Source: an uncultured Bacilli bacterium | GTDB lineage: Bacteria; Bacillota_I; Bacilli_A; RF39; UBA660 | NCBI GenBank assembly: GCA_944358775.1 | Contig: CALVRU010000001.1 | Location: forward strand, 3,888 to 67,887 | Direction: 5' to 3' | Length of the DNA: 64,000 nt | Program-made: the position numbers and the translations under genes | In this document: piece by piece, positions 1-13,201 of the stretch | How the letters are laid out: each line of letters opens with the position of its first letter | How positions within the stretch are numbered: position 1 is the stretch's first letter | Notes under the pieces: model-generated | What the model was told of the DNA's origin: nothing | Databases searched by the model: none | Seen by the model: the letters and a program-made list of their open reading frames with translations, nothing else

Positions 1-60
1 CTTTATCCTAATACTATTATAAAGAAAAAGAGCTTTCATTGAAAGCCCTAAACCATTATT

Positions 61-276
61 TTACATAAAAGACATTACTAAACTAATTCCAAAGAATAAT
101 AAACCAAGTACCATCGTCAAGCGACTGATAAATAATTCGCTTCCTCGCTCTTTTCTCTGACTAAACAAATCAGAGTTACCACCTGAAATAATTTGAGATG
201 CACTCTCTGCCTTATTACTTTGGAGTAAAACAATCGCAATCAATAAAATAGAAATAATTAATAATACTGTTTGCAT
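61..276 (-). CDS. secG: preprotein translocase subunit SecG (internal Met start; ORF-track start at 333 likely N-extended)
   Basis: Translation MQTVLLIISILLIAIVLLQS... shows the typical SecG two-TM pattern. GGAGG RBS lies 8 nt upstream of the ATG at 276. Confidence 0.8.
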   Translation of the reverse strand: MQTVLLIISILLIAIVLLQSNKAESASQIISGGNSDLFSQRKERGSELFISRLTMVLGLLFFGISLVMSFM

Positions 277-421
277 TTTCTTCGCCTCCAATTCACTAGA
301 TATTAGATTACCATACAATGATAAAAATTGCAAATACTATTTGGACAAACTCCGCGGTGCGAACAATCTTTCGTTTCAAAAAACGAGAAAAGAACACAAT
401 ATACATAACATATAAGCTTTT

Positions 422-3112
422 TCAGCGAGTAAGAAATGTCAAAATAATTCCAACTAAAATTAAGAAGGTTCCAATCACTCCCAATATTAAAAACCAAACC
501 TTTGCTTTTCCACTATAATTAAGCGCCATTGAAGGATTGGTAAACGCCGTTTTAACTCCAAGATTTCCTTTCGAAAAAGCACTCACCAAAGATAAATATT
601 CTCGATTTGACTGGCACGGATAACCTTGCAAAAGCTGTAACATTTTTTTCGTTTCTGGGTGACTTTGAAAATAACTACCCACCGTTTTACTCTGACATAA
701 TTCTTCATAAAGACGAACATTCTGATAAGATAAATTTAACTCGCGCATACCGAAAACAAGATAAGCACTAAACTTATTCTCTTCATCCAAATGAGACATG
801 CTTTGATACTGAAACTCTGCCATTGAAACATGATCGACAGCCTGTTGTAAACACTGTGAATCCATCACATAATGATCCATCAATTCAATTGCCCTATGTA
901 TCTGTCGTTTTTCGTTATCCGTCATTTTTTCCAATTCTGGATACAAGTAATAAAAATGTTTCTCAATATCAAATAATTTCATCTCTTCAAAAATAGTTCG
1001 TAAATATTCCTTACCCTCTTCTTTTAAAGAAAATAAATAACTACTCAACATAACTTTCAAAAAATCTTGATTTGGAAAGAATGTTTCGACAAAACTAGAA
1101 ATAGGAACAAACATCAAAATCTGAAAATATGCTTTCCACAAACAATATTCTTTCGCCCGCTCCATTTTCTCTATCTGTTCTTTTTTCGTCCCATGAAAAA
1201 AACCTTCAACTTGAATTTGCTTTAAACGTTCTTGAAAATTAAAAATAGGCAAATCACATAATTCACCCGCCAAAGTGACCGATGACGGAAACAACATACA
1301 TCCTAAAGCATAAGAAGATCGATATAACGTAAGAGCAACTTTAGCTAGCGTCTTCGCAAGAAAAATACAATAATTTTCCTTCGAGACAGATTTCTCTTGT
1401 ACCAAGAAAGAAAGAGAAATAAAATCATCCGCTTGCAAATAGGCAAGATCCGAAATACGAAGACAAGACTGTACTTTACGAATCTGTTGTGCAAACTGAA
1501 TTCCCATCGGATACTTCTCATCAAAATGACGAATTAACTCTTGTGAAACGACATTCTTTAAAGAAATACGATTTAAATAATCCTTCATCAACTCTTGACG
1601 ATATGGTAACTGGAACTTTTCTAATATGGAATATGGAAATTCAGTTACCGATATTATCTCAGGGAACAAATGTTCCGGATCAGATAAACGACGATATACC
1701 GCCTCTTCTTTACTTAATTCATCGAGAAAACAAGCGCCTCGAAATCGTAAAGAAAAATGCGATGCTTGTAATGGATAACATTTTCGATCATTTCCCATAA
1801 AAGAAATAGAACCTTTCGAAGAGACCGTTCGATCGATTCCCTTAATCTGAAAAAAGTTCCCTTCCTCATCCATATAAAAGGCACTACGATCGACACTCCG
1901 TGTAAAAAAGCCTAATTGAAAAATATGCTGATTCAATGTTTGATTAACTTGTTCACACCATAATTCATAAGAAGAAAGAGAATTCGTCGATGGCAAACAG
2001 ATTGGTCGAAAAGTATAAATACCATTTTCCAAAAATAAATCGCCTGGAATAAACAAAGACTTCATCACAAATCGATTGATCAAAATCTGTTTCTCGTAAA
2101 TCGCTCGAATTTCAGGAACTGGAAAATGACTACTAATTTTCTCTTCCCCATCGAGCCATTCCAAAAAAGTAGTATACTCTTGAAAATCGATATCCCGATA
2201 GCAAATCAATCGATAAAATTCATAACACGTTGGCAAAGAATTTAATAATCCTTGCGCCTCCTTTTGCTGACAAAATGCTTGTTTCTTCATTTCGAAAGCA
2301 ATGGTCTGGTCCTCTTTTTCTGTAAGATCACGACTAATTTTTAAATTGTAAAAAGCTCGTTTTCGCAAATCGAAAACCTGACTCAATACATCTTGATCTG
2401 ATTTAGAAAGTTCACTTGTTAACTTCGGAAAAGACATCTCATTCGAAAACAATAATAACAAGCGCGTATAAACCGATTTTTCCAACATTGCTAAAGAAGA
2501 AAACTCGTAGATTCCAACAAAAGGAGTTAACATCGATTCAAAATAATACCATTTCTGGTTTTTTTGAAACGCCAAAAAATAATGAAAACAGTTACTATCT
2601 TTGGCAAAATCAAAATAATACTTACGAACTTCATAGCCCTTTGCACGCAAAAAACAAGAAGCTAACTCGACGATTTCAAAAGGTAGTGCCAATTTTTCTT
2701 TTAATACTTGAAACAAACTCCTTTTTTTAAAGTATTTTTGAATCAAATAATTACTAGTCATTACAAAAGGATTCGCATCATCCTGCAACTCTTTTGGAAT
2801 CATCTGATACATTTCTTTGAGATAACGAACGATCTGTGGATTTTGATAGTTACAATTCACATTTTTGCGATAAGAATGAATCCCATACGGAATAAAATGA
2901 TTGCGATATCGAAATCCATATTCAAACGTTTGTAAATAAGCGAGCAATTCTTCTTCCGAATGAATTCCAAAAGAAGCATACTGTTCTAAAATCTCATCTT
3001 GACTATACTCTTTCTCATTCACATCATCGATCAATTCAATATTCATAGATTCTTTTGCTTCTTGAAAAGAAGGTAACAATATATCATCGAGACTTTCAAT
3101 TTGTGTCTTCAT
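422..3112 (-). CDS. large hypothetical protein (896 aa), cytoplasmic with single C-terminal TM anchor (tail-anchored); no recognisable catalytic motifs
   Basis: Long uninterrupted ORF. Own promoter (TGnTATAAT extended -10 at 3138-3146) and AAAGGAGGG RBS. C-terminal hydrophobic helix WFLILGVIGTFLILVGIILTF. Confidence 0.7.
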   Translation of the reverse strand: MKTQIESLDDILLPSFQEAKESMNIELIDDVNEKEYSQDEILEQYASFGIHSEEELLAYLQTFEYGFRYRNHFIPYGIHSYRKNVNCNYQNPQIVRYLKEMYQMIPKELQDDANPFVMTSNYLIQKYFKKRSLFQVLKEKLALPFEIVELASCFLRAKGYEVRKYYFDFAKDSNCFHYFLAFQKNQKWYYFESMLTPFVGIYEFSSLAMLEKSVYTRLLLLFSNEMSFPKLTSELSKSDQDVLSQVFDLRKRAFYNLKISRDLTEKEDQTIAFEMKKQAFCQQKEAQGLLNSLPTCYEFYRLICYRDIDFQEYTTFLEWLDGEEKISSHFPVPEIRAIYEKQILINRFVMKSLFIPGDLFLENGIYTFRPICLPSTNSLSSYELWCEQVNQTLNQHIFQLGFFTRSVDRSAFYMDEEGNFFQIKGIDRTVSSKGSISFMGNDRKCYPLQASHFSLRFRGACFLDELSKEEAVYRRLSDPEHLFPEIISVTEFPYSILEKFQLPYRQELMKDYLNRISLKNVVSQELIRHFDEKYPMGIQFAQQIRKVQSCLRISDLAYLQADDFISLSFLVQEKSVSKENYCIFLAKTLAKVALTLYRSSYALGCMLFPSSVTLAGELCDLPIFNFQERLKQIQVEGFFHGTKKEQIEKMERAKEYCLWKAYFQILMFVPISSFVETFFPNQDFLKVMLSSYLFSLKEEGKEYLRTIFEEMKLFDIEKHFYYLYPELEKMTDNEKRQIHRAIELMDHYVMDSQCLQQAVDHVSMAEFQYQSMSHLDEENKFSAYLVFGMRELNLSYQNVRLYEELCQSKTVGSYFQSHPETKKMLQLLQGYPCQSNREYLSLVSAFSKGNLGVKTAFTNPSMALNYSGKAKVWFLILGVIGTFLILVGIILTFLTR

Positions 3113-3137
3113 ATTATCCCTCCTTTATCTTAAAGTC

Positions 3138-3164
3138 ATTATACCATAAAATACGAGATTTGAA
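3138..3164 (-). promoter_or_regulatory. sigma-A type promoter for the 896-aa gene (TTCAAA -35, 15 nt spacer, TGgTATAAT extended -10)
   Basis: Read on minus strand: ttcaaatctcgtattttatggtataat followed by the aaaggaggg RBS and ATG at 3112. Confidence 0.5.
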
Positions 3165-3248
3165 TATTCTAAAGTAGTTACGCTGTTCTAACTACAAATA
3201 TACCATCCGATTACAGTACTGCTTTCAATAGAGATTCTATTTTTCAGC

Positions 3249-3271
3249 CACAAAAAAAGAGCATTTGCTCT

Positions 3272-3274
<3 letters not shown>
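3249..3274 (-). terminator. rho-independent terminator downstream of eno
   Basis: Minus-strand hairpin agagcaaatgctct followed by ttttttt, immediately after the eno stop. Confidence 0.7.
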
Positions 3275-5861
<2,587 letters not shown>

Positions 5862-5991
5862 CTCATACAGTACTATTATACTCTAATTTAAATACCATGA
5901 GAAGAAAAAATAAAACGAATAGAATAAGAGAATCCGTAAAAATAATAAAATAGAACTAGTTCCACATTTTCCAATAGAAAGAAGAAATTCC

Positions 5992-6024
5992 TTGCTTGTG
6001 ACACGGTCACTTCTATGATATAAT
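5992..6024 (+). promoter_or_regulatory. promoter region of the FemAB-family gene (TGaTATAAT extended -10 at 6016-6024) overlapping a 13-bp perfect palindrome GTGACacgGTCAC (5998-6010)
   Basis: Seen directly. AAGGAGGTG RBS at 6034-6042 precedes the ATG at 6048. Confidence 0.5.
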
Positions 6025-6047
6025 AATTATCTTAAGGAGGTGGAAAA

Positions 6048-7310
6048 ATGAAGATCGTAACCTTAACCAAAGAAGAATTTGATGCTTTTGCAAGAACCAA
6101 TAAATATCGCAATTTTTATCAGACATCTAATTATGGAGAACTGATGAGTAATTACGGCTTTCACGAACACTTTTTAGGATTCGTCAACAACGCGAATCGC
6201 TTGGTTGGAGCATCCCTCGTTTTATATAAAAAAATTCTATTCAATTACAAATATGCCTATGCCCCACACGGATTCTTGGTCGATTATAGCGATCCTAACT
6301 TTTTAATAGAGTTAGCCGACAATCTGAAAAAACTACTCTATAAACAACGTTTCATCTATATCAAAATCGATCCATTAATCCACTGCTCTGAACGCGATAA
6401 AAATGGTAATCTCATCTCATACAATAAAGATATTAATAATATTCTAGAAATACTTGCCAAAGCAGATTTCGTGCATCGTGGCTTCAATCAATATTTTGAA
6501 ACCTGCAAACCAAGATGGAATGCCGTCATAAAAATGACGACCAGTAGTGAACGACTATATATGGGATTTAGCAAACAAATTCGAAACAAAATCAGGAAAG
6601 CACTAAAATGTGGTGTCAGCATTTACAAAGGAACCAAAGAAGATATCCCAACCTTCTATAAATTCATCGAAAAGAAACATAAACGTCCATTAAGCTACTA
6701 TCAAAAATTTCAAGAACTATTCCAAGATGATTTCGAAATCTATTTTGCAAAAATCGATCCCCAAAAGTTCGTCATCAATAGCCGTGAAGAATATGAAAAA
6801 GAATTGGAACGAAATGACCGACTCAATGCCGAAATTCAAGACAAGTCCACCAAAGGTGTTACCATTCGAAAATTGCTAAATACCAAAATGCAATCCGATC
6901 GCCTAGTCGACATTTACAAAAGCAACATGATTTACGCAACAAAACTATTAAAAGATTATCCAGAAGGCATTACTATTGGAGCAACCGCAATTGTAAAATA
7001 CGAAAAAGAAATCAACTTATTAATCGAAGGTTGGAATCCCAAATTTTCATCTTACAATCCCAATTATTTAATTAAATGGGCTATTTTAGAAAAATATTGC
7101 CAAGAACAATACTTAACATTCAATTTAAACGCTATTACAGGCGAATTTAAGAAGCCAAACAAATACTCTGGACTAAATGAATCCAAATTAGGAATGAGTG
7201 CCTCAGCAATCGAATACATAGGTGAATTCGACTATATCATCAATCCATTCATTTATAAAATATGCCAATGGAGGCCAATTCGCAAAAAAATCAACAAAAA
7301 CACAGAATAA
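6048..7310 (+). CDS. FemAB-family peptidoglycan interpeptide-bridge aminoacyltransferase (FemX/MurM-like)
   Basis: 420 aa, the only long plus-strand gene. N-terminal region matches FemAB family proteins. Divergent from murD. Confidence 0.75.
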   Translation: MKIVTLTKEEFDAFARTNKYRNFYQTSNYGELMSNYGFHEHFLGFVNNANRLVGASLVLYKKILFNYKYAYAPHGFLVDYSDPNFLIELADNLKKLLYKQRFIYIKIDPLIHCSERDKNGNLISYNKDINNILEILAKADFVHRGFNQYFETCKPRWNAVIKMTTSSERLYMGFSKQIRNKIRKALKCGVSIYKGTKEDIPTFYKFIEKKHKRPLSYYQKFQELFQDDFEIYFAKIDPQKFVINSREEYEKELERNDRLNAEIQDKSTKGVTIRKLLNTKMQSDRLVDIYKSNMIYATKLLKDYPEGITIGATAIVKYEKEINLLIEGWNPKFSSYNPNYLIKWAILEKYCQEQYLTFNLNAITGEFKKPNKYSGLNESKLGMSASAIEYIGEFDYIINPFIYKICQWRPIRKKINKNTE

Positions 7311-7336
7311 AACTATTCGAAAGAATAGTTTTTTAT
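7311..7336 (+). terminator. rho-independent terminator of the FemAB-family gene
   Basis: aactattcgaaagaatagtt hairpin followed by tttttt. Confidence 0.7.
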
Positions 7337-7363
7337 TTACCTAGATTATTTTCAATTTCCACA

Positions 7364-7398
7364 CAAAAAAATACGTTCCGACTACTCGAAACGTATTT
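7364..7398 (-). terminator. rho-independent terminator of tuf (convergent with the FemAB-family gene terminator)
   Basis: Minus-strand hairpin aatacgtttcgagtagtcggaacgtatt followed by ttttttt. Confidence 0.7.
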
Positions 7399-7409
7399 TC
7401 ATAATTTAA

Positions 7410-8591
7410 TTATTCAACAACTTCGCTGACAACACCAGCACCAACTGTACGACCACCCTCACGAATTGAGAATTTAGTACCTTGTTCAAGTGCAATTGGG
7501 TGAATTAAGTCAACTGTAATTGTAACGTTATCACCTGGCATAACCATTTCAACACCACTTGGTAACTCGATAACACCAGTTACGTCTGTCGTTCTGAAAT
7601 AGAATTGAGGACGATAGTTTGCGAAGAATGGAGTATGACGTCCGCCTTCTTCTTTACTTAATACGTATACTTCACCTTTGAACTTATGATGTGGAGTAAC
7701 GGTACCTGGTTTAGCAAGTACTTGACCACGTTCAACTTGTTCACGTGAGATACCACGAAGTAATACACCAGCATTATCTCCTGCTTGTGCAAAATCCAAT
7801 TGTTTACGGAACATTTCAATACCAGTAACAACTGTTTTTTGAGTAGGTTTAATACCGACGATTTCAACTTCGTCATTAAGTTTTAATGTTCCACGTTCTA
7901 CACGACCAGTAACAACAGTACCACGTCCTGTAATCGTGAATACATCTTCGATACTCATTAAGAAAGGTTTGTCAGTATCACGTTCTGGAGTTGGAATCCA
8001 AGTATCCACAGCATCCATAAGTTCACCGATTTTTTCTTCCCAAGCAGCATCTCCCTCAAGAGCTTTTAAAGCAGATCCACGAATAATTGGGGTATCTTCT
8101 TCATAGCCATATTCAGCTAAAAGATCACGAATTTCCATTTCTACTAAGTCTAGTAATTCTGGATCGTCAACCATATCGCATTTATTCATGAAAACAACCA
8201 TTCTAGGTACACCAACTTGGCGAGCTAAAAGGATATGTTCACGAGTTTGTGCCATAGGTCCATCTGTTGCAGCAATTACAAGAATTGCACCATCCATTTG
8301 AGCAGCACCAGTAATCATGTTTTTAACATAATCTGCGTGTCCTGGACAGTCAACGTGAGCATAGTGACGTTTGTCTGTTTCATACTCAACGTGTGAAGTA
8401 TTGATTGTAATTCCACGTTCTCTTTCTTCTGGAGCTTTATCGATGTTAGCATAATCAACGAATTCAGCTTCACCTTTAGCAGCTAAATATTTTGTAATAG
8501 CAGCTGTTAAAGTTGTTTTACCATGGTCAACGTGTCCGATCGTACCAATATTAACATGTGGTTTAGTACGGTCAAATTTTTTCTTTGCCAT
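7410..8591 (-). CDS. tuf: elongation factor Tu (start at internal [27 protein letters not shown])
   Basis: [10 protein letters not shown]1 motif and full EF-Tu length. The ORF-track start 8612 adds 7 residues (MKKEEIK), likely spurious. Confidence 0.95.
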   Translation of the reverse strand: MAKKKFDRTKPHVNIGTIGHVDHGKTTLTAAITKYLAAKGEAEFVDYANIDKAPEERERGITINTSHVEYETDKRHYAHVDCPGHADYVKNMITGAAQMDGAILVIAATDGPMAQTREHILLARQVGVPRMVVFMNKCDMVDDPELLDLVEMEIRDLLAEYGYEEDTPIIRGSALKALEGDAAWEEKIGELMDAVDTWIPTPERDTDKPFLMSIEDVFTITGRGTVVTGRVERGTLKLNDEVEIVGIKPTQKTVVTGIEMFRKQLDFAQAGDNAGVLLRGISREQVERGQVLAKPGTVTPHHKFKGEVYVLSKEEGGRHTPFFANYRPQFYFRTTDVTGVIELPSGVEMVMPGDNVTITVDLIHPIALEQGTKFSIREGGRTVGAGVVSEVVE

Positions 8592-8733
8592 TTTAATTTC
8601 CTCCTTTTTCATTACTACTTTATTTTATCTAACAATTGAAGTTTTTTCAACTGTTTTGATACGATTTTTATGAATTCCATAAAAATCTATAATACCAGTG
8701 AAGGGAAAAATCCCTTCCTGTTATTACCTATGA

Positions 8734-10803
8734 TTAATTACCACTTTTTTTGATGATTTCATCTGAAATCGATTTTGGAACTTCTTCATAATGATCAAAG
8801 AACATTACGAAGTTACCACGACCTTGCGTATTTGAACGTAAGCTCGTTGCATATCCAAACATTTCAGCAAGTGGTACCATTGCACTAAGCATAATTGCGT
8901 TACCTCTCGAATCTTGACCTAATGGACGACCACGACGTGATGTTAAATCACCCATGACGTTACCAAAATATTCTTCTGGAACAGTAACGTCCACTTTCAT
9001 AATTGGTTCAAGAAGAACTGGTTTACATTTATTCTTAGCTTCTTTTAAAGCCATACTAGCAGCAATCTTAAATGCCATTTCGCTAGAGTCTACTTCATGG
9101 TAACTACCATCATGTAGTGTTGCTTTAATATTGATCATTGGATATCCAGCAAGAATACCAGTCTGCATTGCTTCTTGTAATCCTTTATCGACAACCGGAA
9201 TGTATTCCCGAGGAACGACACCACCGACAACTTCATCGACAAATTCATAATCGCTATCTGGATTTGGTTCAAATTTAATCCAAACGTGTCCATATTGTCC
9301 ACGACCACCAGACTGTTTGATATATTTACCTTCACAGTCGCCAGCTTGTTTGATTGTCTCACGATAAGCAACTTGTGGTTTACCGATATTAGCTTCTACT
9401 GAGAATTCACGTCTCATTCGATCTACTAAAACATCCAAATGAAGTTCACCCATTCCAGCGATAATCGTCTGGCCTGTTTCATGATCTGTATGAACTCTAA
9501 AAGTAGGATCTTCTTCGGCAAGTTTTTGTAATGCAATTGCCATCTTATCTTGATCCGCTTTTGATTTTGGTTCAACTGCAACCTCGATAACTGGTTCAGG
9601 GAATTCCATTGATTCTAGAATAACTGGTTTCTTCTCATCACAGAGAGTATCACCGGTTGTCGTATTTTTAAGTCCGACCGCTGCTGCAATATCTCCTGTA
9701 TAAACATCCGAAATCTCTGTCCGATTATTCGCATGCATCAATAAGATACGACCAATTCGTTCTTTGCTATCTTTTGTAGAGTTCAATACATAACTTCCAC
9801 TTGATAAATGTCCTGAATAGACACGGAAGAAAGTTAAACGCCCAACGAATGGATCTGTCATAACTTTGAACGCTAATGCACTGAATGGTTCATCATCATT
9901 TGGATGACGAACAGCAGGATTTCCATCCAAATCTGTTCCTTCGATAGAAGCAACATCAAGTGGACTTGGTAAATAATCAATCACTGCATCGAGCAACGGT
10001 TTAATTCCTTTATTACCTAAAGCAGTTCCGCACATTACTGGGAAGAATTCCGCTTTTAATACTCCGGAACGAATTGCCCGTTTTAACATCTCGACAGTAA
10101 CTTCTCCACCATCAAGATAAGTCATCATCATTTCATCATCAAATTCAGCAACTGCCTCAATAAGTTCTTCGTGTTTTTGTTGTGCCAAATCTTTTAAATC
10201 TGCAGGAATTTCAATTTCAGTTGATTCTTCCTGTTCTGTTCCATCGAACTCATAAGCCTTCATCGTAACAAGATCGATTACACCATGGAAATCACTTTCC
10301 GCTCCGATTGGCCATTCGATTGGTTTGTAATTAACACCCAAACGATCTCCAATCGTCTTCAAACAGTAATTGAAATCTGCTCCCATTTTATCCATCTTAT
10401 TAGCAAAGATAATTCTTGGAACTTTAAATTCCGAAGCCTGTCTCCAGACAGTTTCGGTTTGTGGTTCTACACCAGCTTGTGTATCAAGTAATGCAATCGC
10501 ACCATCCAACACACGTAAGCTACGACTAACTTCGACCGTAAAGTCTACGTGTCCAGGAGTATCGATGATATTGTAACGATATCCCTTCCAATGAACTGTC
10601 GTCGCCGCAGAAGTTATGGTAATACCACGTTCTTGTTCCTGTTCCATCCAGTCCATCTGGCTTGCTCCATCATGAGTTTCACCAATTTTATGGATACGAC
10701 CAGTAAGATACAAGATACGTTCCGTACAAGTGGTTTTTCCGGCATCAATGTGTGCCATAATACCAAAATTACGAGTTTTCTTTAATTCTGTATCACGAGC
10801 CAT
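8734..10803 (-). CDS. fusA: elongation factor G
   Basis: 689 aa. AHIDAGKTT motif. Located between rpsG and tuf as in the str operon. Confidence 0.95.
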   Translation of the reverse strand: MARDTELKKTRNFGIMAHIDAGKTTCTERILYLTGRIHKIGETHDGASQMDWMEQEQERGITITSAATTVHWKGYRYNIIDTPGHVDFTVEVSRSLRVLDGAIALLDTQAGVEPQTETVWRQASEFKVPRIIFANKMDKMGADFNYCLKTIGDRLGVNYKPIEWPIGAESDFHGVIDLVTMKAYEFDGTEQEESTEIEIPADLKDLAQQKHEELIEAVAEFDDEMMMTYLDGGEVTVEMLKRAIRSGVLKAEFFPVMCGTALGNKGIKPLLDAVIDYLPSPLDVASIEGTDLDGNPAVRHPNDDEPFSALAFKVMTDPFVGRLTFFRVYSGHLSSGSYVLNSTKDSKERIGRILLMHANNRTEISDVYTGDIAAAVGLKNTTTGDTLCDEKKPVILESMEFPEPVIEVAVEPKSKADQDKMAIALQKLAEEDPTFRVHTDHETGQTIIAGMGELHLDVLVDRMRREFSVEANIGKPQVAYRETIKQAGDCEGKYIKQSGGRGQYGHVWIKFEPNPDSDYEFVDEVVGGVVPREYIPVVDKGLQEAMQTGILAGYPMINIKATLHDGSYHEVDSSEMAFKIAASMALKEAKNKCKPVLLEPIMKVDVTVPEEYFGNVMGDLTSRRGRPLGQDSRGNAIMLSAMVPLAEMFGYATSLRSNTQGRGNFVMFFDHYEEVPKSISDEIIKKSGN

Positions 10804-10815
10804 AACTTTCTCCTC

Positions 10816-11283
10816 CTACCAACGATAGTGAGCAAATGCTTTATTTGCTTCAGCCATTCTATGAGTATCTTCACGTTTTTTGACTGCACCACCAGTTCCT
10901 TCTGATGCATCAATAATTTCATTTGCTAAATTTTCAGCCATTCCTTTTCCGCCTCTTAATCTAGCATAATTTACTAACCAACGAAGTGCAAGTGCTTGTG
11001 AACGATCCGCACTAACTTCGACTGGTACTGAATAGTTACCACCACCAACACGACGTGATTTTACTTCAAGTGCTGGTTTAATATTTTCTAATGCTTTATT
11101 GAATACTTCCATTGGTTCTTTACCTGTTTTTGTCTTGATGATTTCGAAAGCATCATAAAGAATTGTTTGTGCTTTACCTCTTTTACCACCGATCATCATA
11201 CGGTTGATTAACTTAGTAACAACTTTTGATTGATATAGGGGATCTGGTAAAACATCTCTTTTCACTGCACGTCTTTTACGCAT
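10816..11283 (-). CDS. rpsG: 30S ribosomal protein S7
   Basis: 155 aa. N-terminus [15 protein letters not shown]. Confidence 0.9.
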   Translation of the reverse strand: MRKRRAVKRDVLPDPLYQSKVVTKLINRMMIGGKRGKAQTILYDAFEIIKTKTGKEPMEVFNKALENIKPALEVKSRRVGGGNYSVPVEVSADRSQALALRWLVNYARLRGGKGMAENLANEIIDASEGTGGAVKKREDTHRMAEANKAFAHYRW

Positions 11284-11312
11284 AGTTTTTTCCTCCCTTC
11301 AATAGTTTAAGT

Positions 11313-11726
11313 TTATTTCTTAGGTTTTTTTGCACCGTATTTTGAACGGCCTTGTTTTCTATCTTTTACGCCAGCCGTATCAAGTGTACCACGGATAATA
11401 TGATAACGAACTCCGATTAAGTCCTTAACACGTCCACCACGTACTAGTACGACACTGTGCTCTTGTAAGTTGTGTCCAATTCCAGGAATGTAAGTATCTA
11501 CTTCCTTACCATTACTCAAACGAACACGGGCATATTTACGCAAAGCAGAGTTTGGTTTTTTTGGTGTTTTGGTACCAACACGAGTACATACTCCACGTTT
11601 TTGAGGGTTTGCATTTTTCGTTTGTTTTCTCTTGATTGTATTGTAACCGACACCTAACACTGGAGATTTACTCTTTCTCGTCTTTTCGCTTCTACCTTTT
11701 CTTACTAATTGACTCATTGTAGGCAT
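11313..11726 (-). CDS. rpsL: 30S ribosomal protein S12 (start at [15 protein letters not shown]-track start 11768 is N-extended)
   Basis: Conserved S12 N-terminus and the [12 protein letters not shown] motif. Confidence 0.9.
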   Translation of the reverse strand: MPTMSQLVRKGRSEKTRKSKSPVLGVGYNTIKRKQTKNANPQKRGVCTRVGTKTPKKPNSALRKYARVRLSNGKEVDTYIPGIGHNLQEHSVVLVRGGRVKDLIGVRYHIIRGTLDTAGVKDRKQGRSKYGAKKPKK

Positions 11727-11921
11727 ATATTTCAGTCTCCTTTCTTTACACATATCCAGGTGTATCATTTTCTATCTTAAAGATAGGTCTTGCTTATGCA
11801 AAACCTAAATTTAATCAGCGTACTTAATATATCACTATCGTAGTCAGAAAGTCAATAGAAAGATGAAAAAATCGTTTTCTTTTCTATTTTTATTCCAAAA
11901 ACAGAGCAAGGAATACCAGTT

Positions 11922-13103
11922 TTATTGATAAAGTCGTCCATTTAACTGTATAGCATCAATAATAACATATCCAGAATCTCCCAATACTTGAATTCCCAAA
12001 TATCGATTTCCTGTTACATTTGTGATGTCTAACGTCATACTAACATATTTTCCATTCTCCGACGTAACTTGTTTAAAACCACTTGTATAATGAACCCACG
12101 CAGAGGTAGTAGAATTAACAGCCGCAGAAATAGTAGCCGAATTTTGCACGCCAATTCCAATATAGATAGATGCATAGTGAGTTAAATCCATATTTAAATT
12201 GCGCCACGCATCTTGTCTACTTCGACCAGGAAGATCAAAACGTAAAGTAGTACCATCAGACCATGAACGAAATGGACACTCACGAACATCATAATTACCT
12301 TTAACCCATGTTCCAATTCCAACTTGATTCACCCATAATATTTTTTTGCTCTCATAAAGCCATTTCGGTCGTACTGTCACTCCATAGTCAGGCATCGTGA
12401 ACGTTTTTTGTGAAGAAGATAACGTAGTTAAAACTTCCTTTGTTTCGGTATTTGTAACCGTTGCCCCATAGTAACTAAATCCACTATTCGGAGTATTCGT
12501 AAGGGTGATCACTTCACCTGGCTTCGCAGATGCAACCGTCGTGGTTTTTCCACCAGTAACACTATCAACAAAAATTGGCAATGTCGATGGATATGCCTCA
12601 TCGATGCGAATTTGATTCGGTGAAAGAATCAACTCTTTATCTACCAAACCACCTTGTACTCCAATCGTCAGATTTCCACTCTTTCCACTACGATTTTGAA
12701 TTACCAAAGTAACGGTTACGTTTCCATTCGGATCTATATTTCCATACGGAAGAGAACCCTCTTCTTGATAATACACAGTAATATCGATAGAATTCGGATC
12801 CAAATAATATAACTGCCATGAACTTGTAAGTAAGTTGTTCGCTTGAATCGAAATCGGAAATTCAGAAATCTCCTGTTCCGTAAAAGAAAGTGTCATTTCA
12901 TTTTCATACTGCTCGTTTAACACGTAGTCAAAACGAACGGCCGCTAAACTAAGTACATTTTCTTTTTCAGTAGAAATCGTATAAAAAGCGTAGCTATAAC
13001 TGCCAATTAAAAGAAGTACCCCAAAAAGAAGAGTTACGATGATCACAGATAATCGTACTCTTTTCTTTAAGAAATGAAATACTTTTTTCGCTTTCTCCTT
13101 CAT
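11922..13103 (-). CDS. hypothetical secreted/surface protein (393 aa) with SipW-cognate-like signal peptide (IGSYSYAFYTISTEKE); expression apparently phase-variable
   Basis: Basic N-terminus plus hydrophobic helix plus SYAFY motif, the same signal type as the 49-52 kb cluster. Many NxS/T sites. Inserted between rpoC and rpsL with its own promoter. Confidence 0.65.
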   Translation of the reverse strand: MKEKAKKVFHFLKKRVRLSVIIVTLLFGVLLLIGSYSYAFYTISTEKENVLSLAAVRFDYVLNEQYENEMTLSFTEQEISEFPISIQANNLLTSSWQLYYLDPNSIDITVYYQEEGSLPYGNIDPNGNVTVTLVIQNRSGKSGNLTIGVQGGLVDKELILSPNQIRIDEAYPSTLPIFVDSVTGGKTTTVASAKPGEVITLTNTPNSGFSYYGATVTNTETKEVLTTLSSSQKTFTMPDYGVTVRPKWLYESKKILWVNQVGIGTWVKGNYDVRECPFRSWSDGTTLRFDLPGRSRQDAWRNLNMDLTHYASIYIGIGVQNSATISAAVNSTTSAWVHYTSGFKQVTSENGKYVSMTLDITNVTGNRYLGIQVLGDSGYVIIDAIQLNGRLYQ

Positions 13104-13130
13104 AATGACCTCACTTATTCTCTATAAATC

Positions 13131-13161
13131 ATTATACCCCCCCCCCAAGTGATTTTTGCAA
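13131..13161 (-). promoter_or_regulatory. promoter with (G)10 homopolymer in the -35/-10 spacer (TTGCAA at 13156-13161; spacer 19 nt incl. G10 at 13137-13146; TATAAT at 13131-13136), a candidate slipped-strand phase-variation switch
   Basis: Read on minus strand: ttgcaaaaatcacttgggggggggggtataat, then gagg RBS and ATG at 13103. This is the only G/C homopolymer of 6 or more in the 64-kb window. Confidence 0.65.
13137..13146. repeat. homopolymeric C10/G10 tract
   Basis: cccccccccc on the plus strand, unique in an AT-rich window. Confidence 0.95.
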
Positions 13162-13174
13162 GGAAAAATAGTCA

Positions 13175-13201
13175 CAAAAAAAAGATGGCCTAAAACCATC
13201 T
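13175..13201 (-). terminator. rho-independent terminator of the 60-aa prepilin-like ORF
   Basis: Minus-strand hairpin agatggttttaggccatct followed by tttttttt, directly after the TAA at 13202-13204. Confidence 0.7.

Noticed and set aside
1489-1800. Plus-strand ORFs (60-170 aa) embedded antisense in long minus-strand genes (for example 1489-1800, 2416-2935, 14067-14558, 16423-16984, 18087-18377, 32754-33152, 34219-34728, 36121-36420, 58913-59546).
   Set aside because: They lie entirely within well-supported conserved genes on the opposite strand. They have no RBS or promoter and low-complexity translations. These are typical spurious antisense ORFs in AT-rich DNA.
7410-8612. N-terminally extended ORF-track starts for tuf, rpsL, nusG, pth, mrnC, secG, rplK and the 49.8-kb secreted protein.
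   Set aside because: Internal start codons align with the conserved protein N-termini and have proper RBS spacing. The extensions overlap upstream genes or RBS sequence.
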